Below, piece by piece: positions 62,990 to 64,000 of a stretch of DNA of 64,000 nt. Where the stretch lies: assembly GCF_009914755.1 (NCBI RefSeq), contig NC_060930.1. One strand, written 5' to 3'. The notes under the pieces are model-generated. The model was not told where the DNA came from, ran no database searches, and worked only from the letters and a program-made list of their open reading frames with translations. This DNA is from the human T2T-CHM13v2.0 reference genome, Homo sapiens. Numbering within the stretch: the first letter of the stretch is position 1; each line of letters starts with the position of its first letter. A program made the translations under genes and the position numbers.

Positions 62990-63300
62990 TTATTCACTTA
63001 TTCATTCATTAATTTTATTCATTCTATGCGTTCAACAAATAGATTTTAGGCTCCCATTGTCAGCCTAACCGATTTGCCCCTTGACCTTTAATAGTTTACA
63101 GACTTGACGAAGAAATAGTAATGAACCAAAAACAACAACAGCAGCAACAACAATGGAACTCTCTCTCTGACACACACGTACATGCAGACACACACACACA
63201 TACACAGACACACACACACATAAACAACTTACGACTGTGGAAAGTCCTGTGGTTAAAATTCAGAGAGTGATATCAGAGAATGTAAAGTAGGTATTGACTA
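62990..63300 (-). mobile_element. L2 3' fragment with (CA)n at 63170-63220
   Basis: 'ttcattcatt...ttcaacaaatagatttt'. Confidence 0.5.
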
Positions 63301-64000
63301 TAGTTTTCTATTTTTACTCTTTACAATCTTTTAACAGCCCTAAAACTTTTAAGAAGATTTGATATTTGTTTTCTATTGTGGTTTGGGACAGAATGTTTTA
63401 AATACCATGAGGTGGTCCAATATATTCTTGTCAACATGCAAATTATTAAGAGGAAAGAACATGTAGATCCACTGAGGCCCTGAGATTAGCTACCATAAGA
63501 AACATTTGCCATGTGTTGGAAATAATTTTTGGTATCCCAAACTTTAAAGAAGTATTTAAATGTTAATAATGAATTTCAAATTTACATTTTAGGATATGAA
63601 GATGAGTCCATCGGGAGAGGTTGTGAGCTAACAGACCTCACATAGCCAAACAGATGGAAATTTTGCTACTGACATCAGTTTTTCCTATCATTCTGGGAAA
63701 CAAAATTGTTTTCTATTCCAAGTAATACAGGAGAAAGGATGATAAAGCTATGTCTGACTAAGGGCTGTGCATGGGCATTGGATCACATGCCATTTCTATG
63801 TCTTTCTTTGGGCACAATAGAATGTGTGTGTGTGTTTTTTTTTTTGTGGGGGCAGGTTGTGATATGTATTTGACCTGCAGGGTACTATTTTTAAATGAAC
63901 ACATAGAGCTATTATGTGCTTGTTGTGACTTTTCAGGTGGAACTTAGTGTGCTTACAAATGACAAAAATAGTTTTCCAATTCTCTTATCCCTTTGTTGGT

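Overview
Mammalian, almost certainly human, AT-rich and gene-poor DNA dominated by interspersed repeats: L1s of several ages, L2, MIR, CR1/L3, Alu, MaLR/ERV LTR elements and DNA-transposon fossils. No host protein-coding gene can be established; the long ORFs are L1 ORF2. The main structure is a human-specific pre-Ta L1Hs insertion (36776-41487, sense on minus). It has a twin-priming 5' inversion that splits an otherwise complete ORF2 into two open, divergent halves. It also carries a ~355-bp 3' transduction with its own AATAAA and second poly(A), all inside one target-site duplication (TSD). Two other L1s look like they carry 3' transductions, and three L1s in total are 5'-inverted. Several local template-switch or duplication scars are visible, plus one weak candidate minus-strand terminal exon. 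Subfamily names come from remembered consensus motifs, not a database search, and boundaries of old repeats are approximate.
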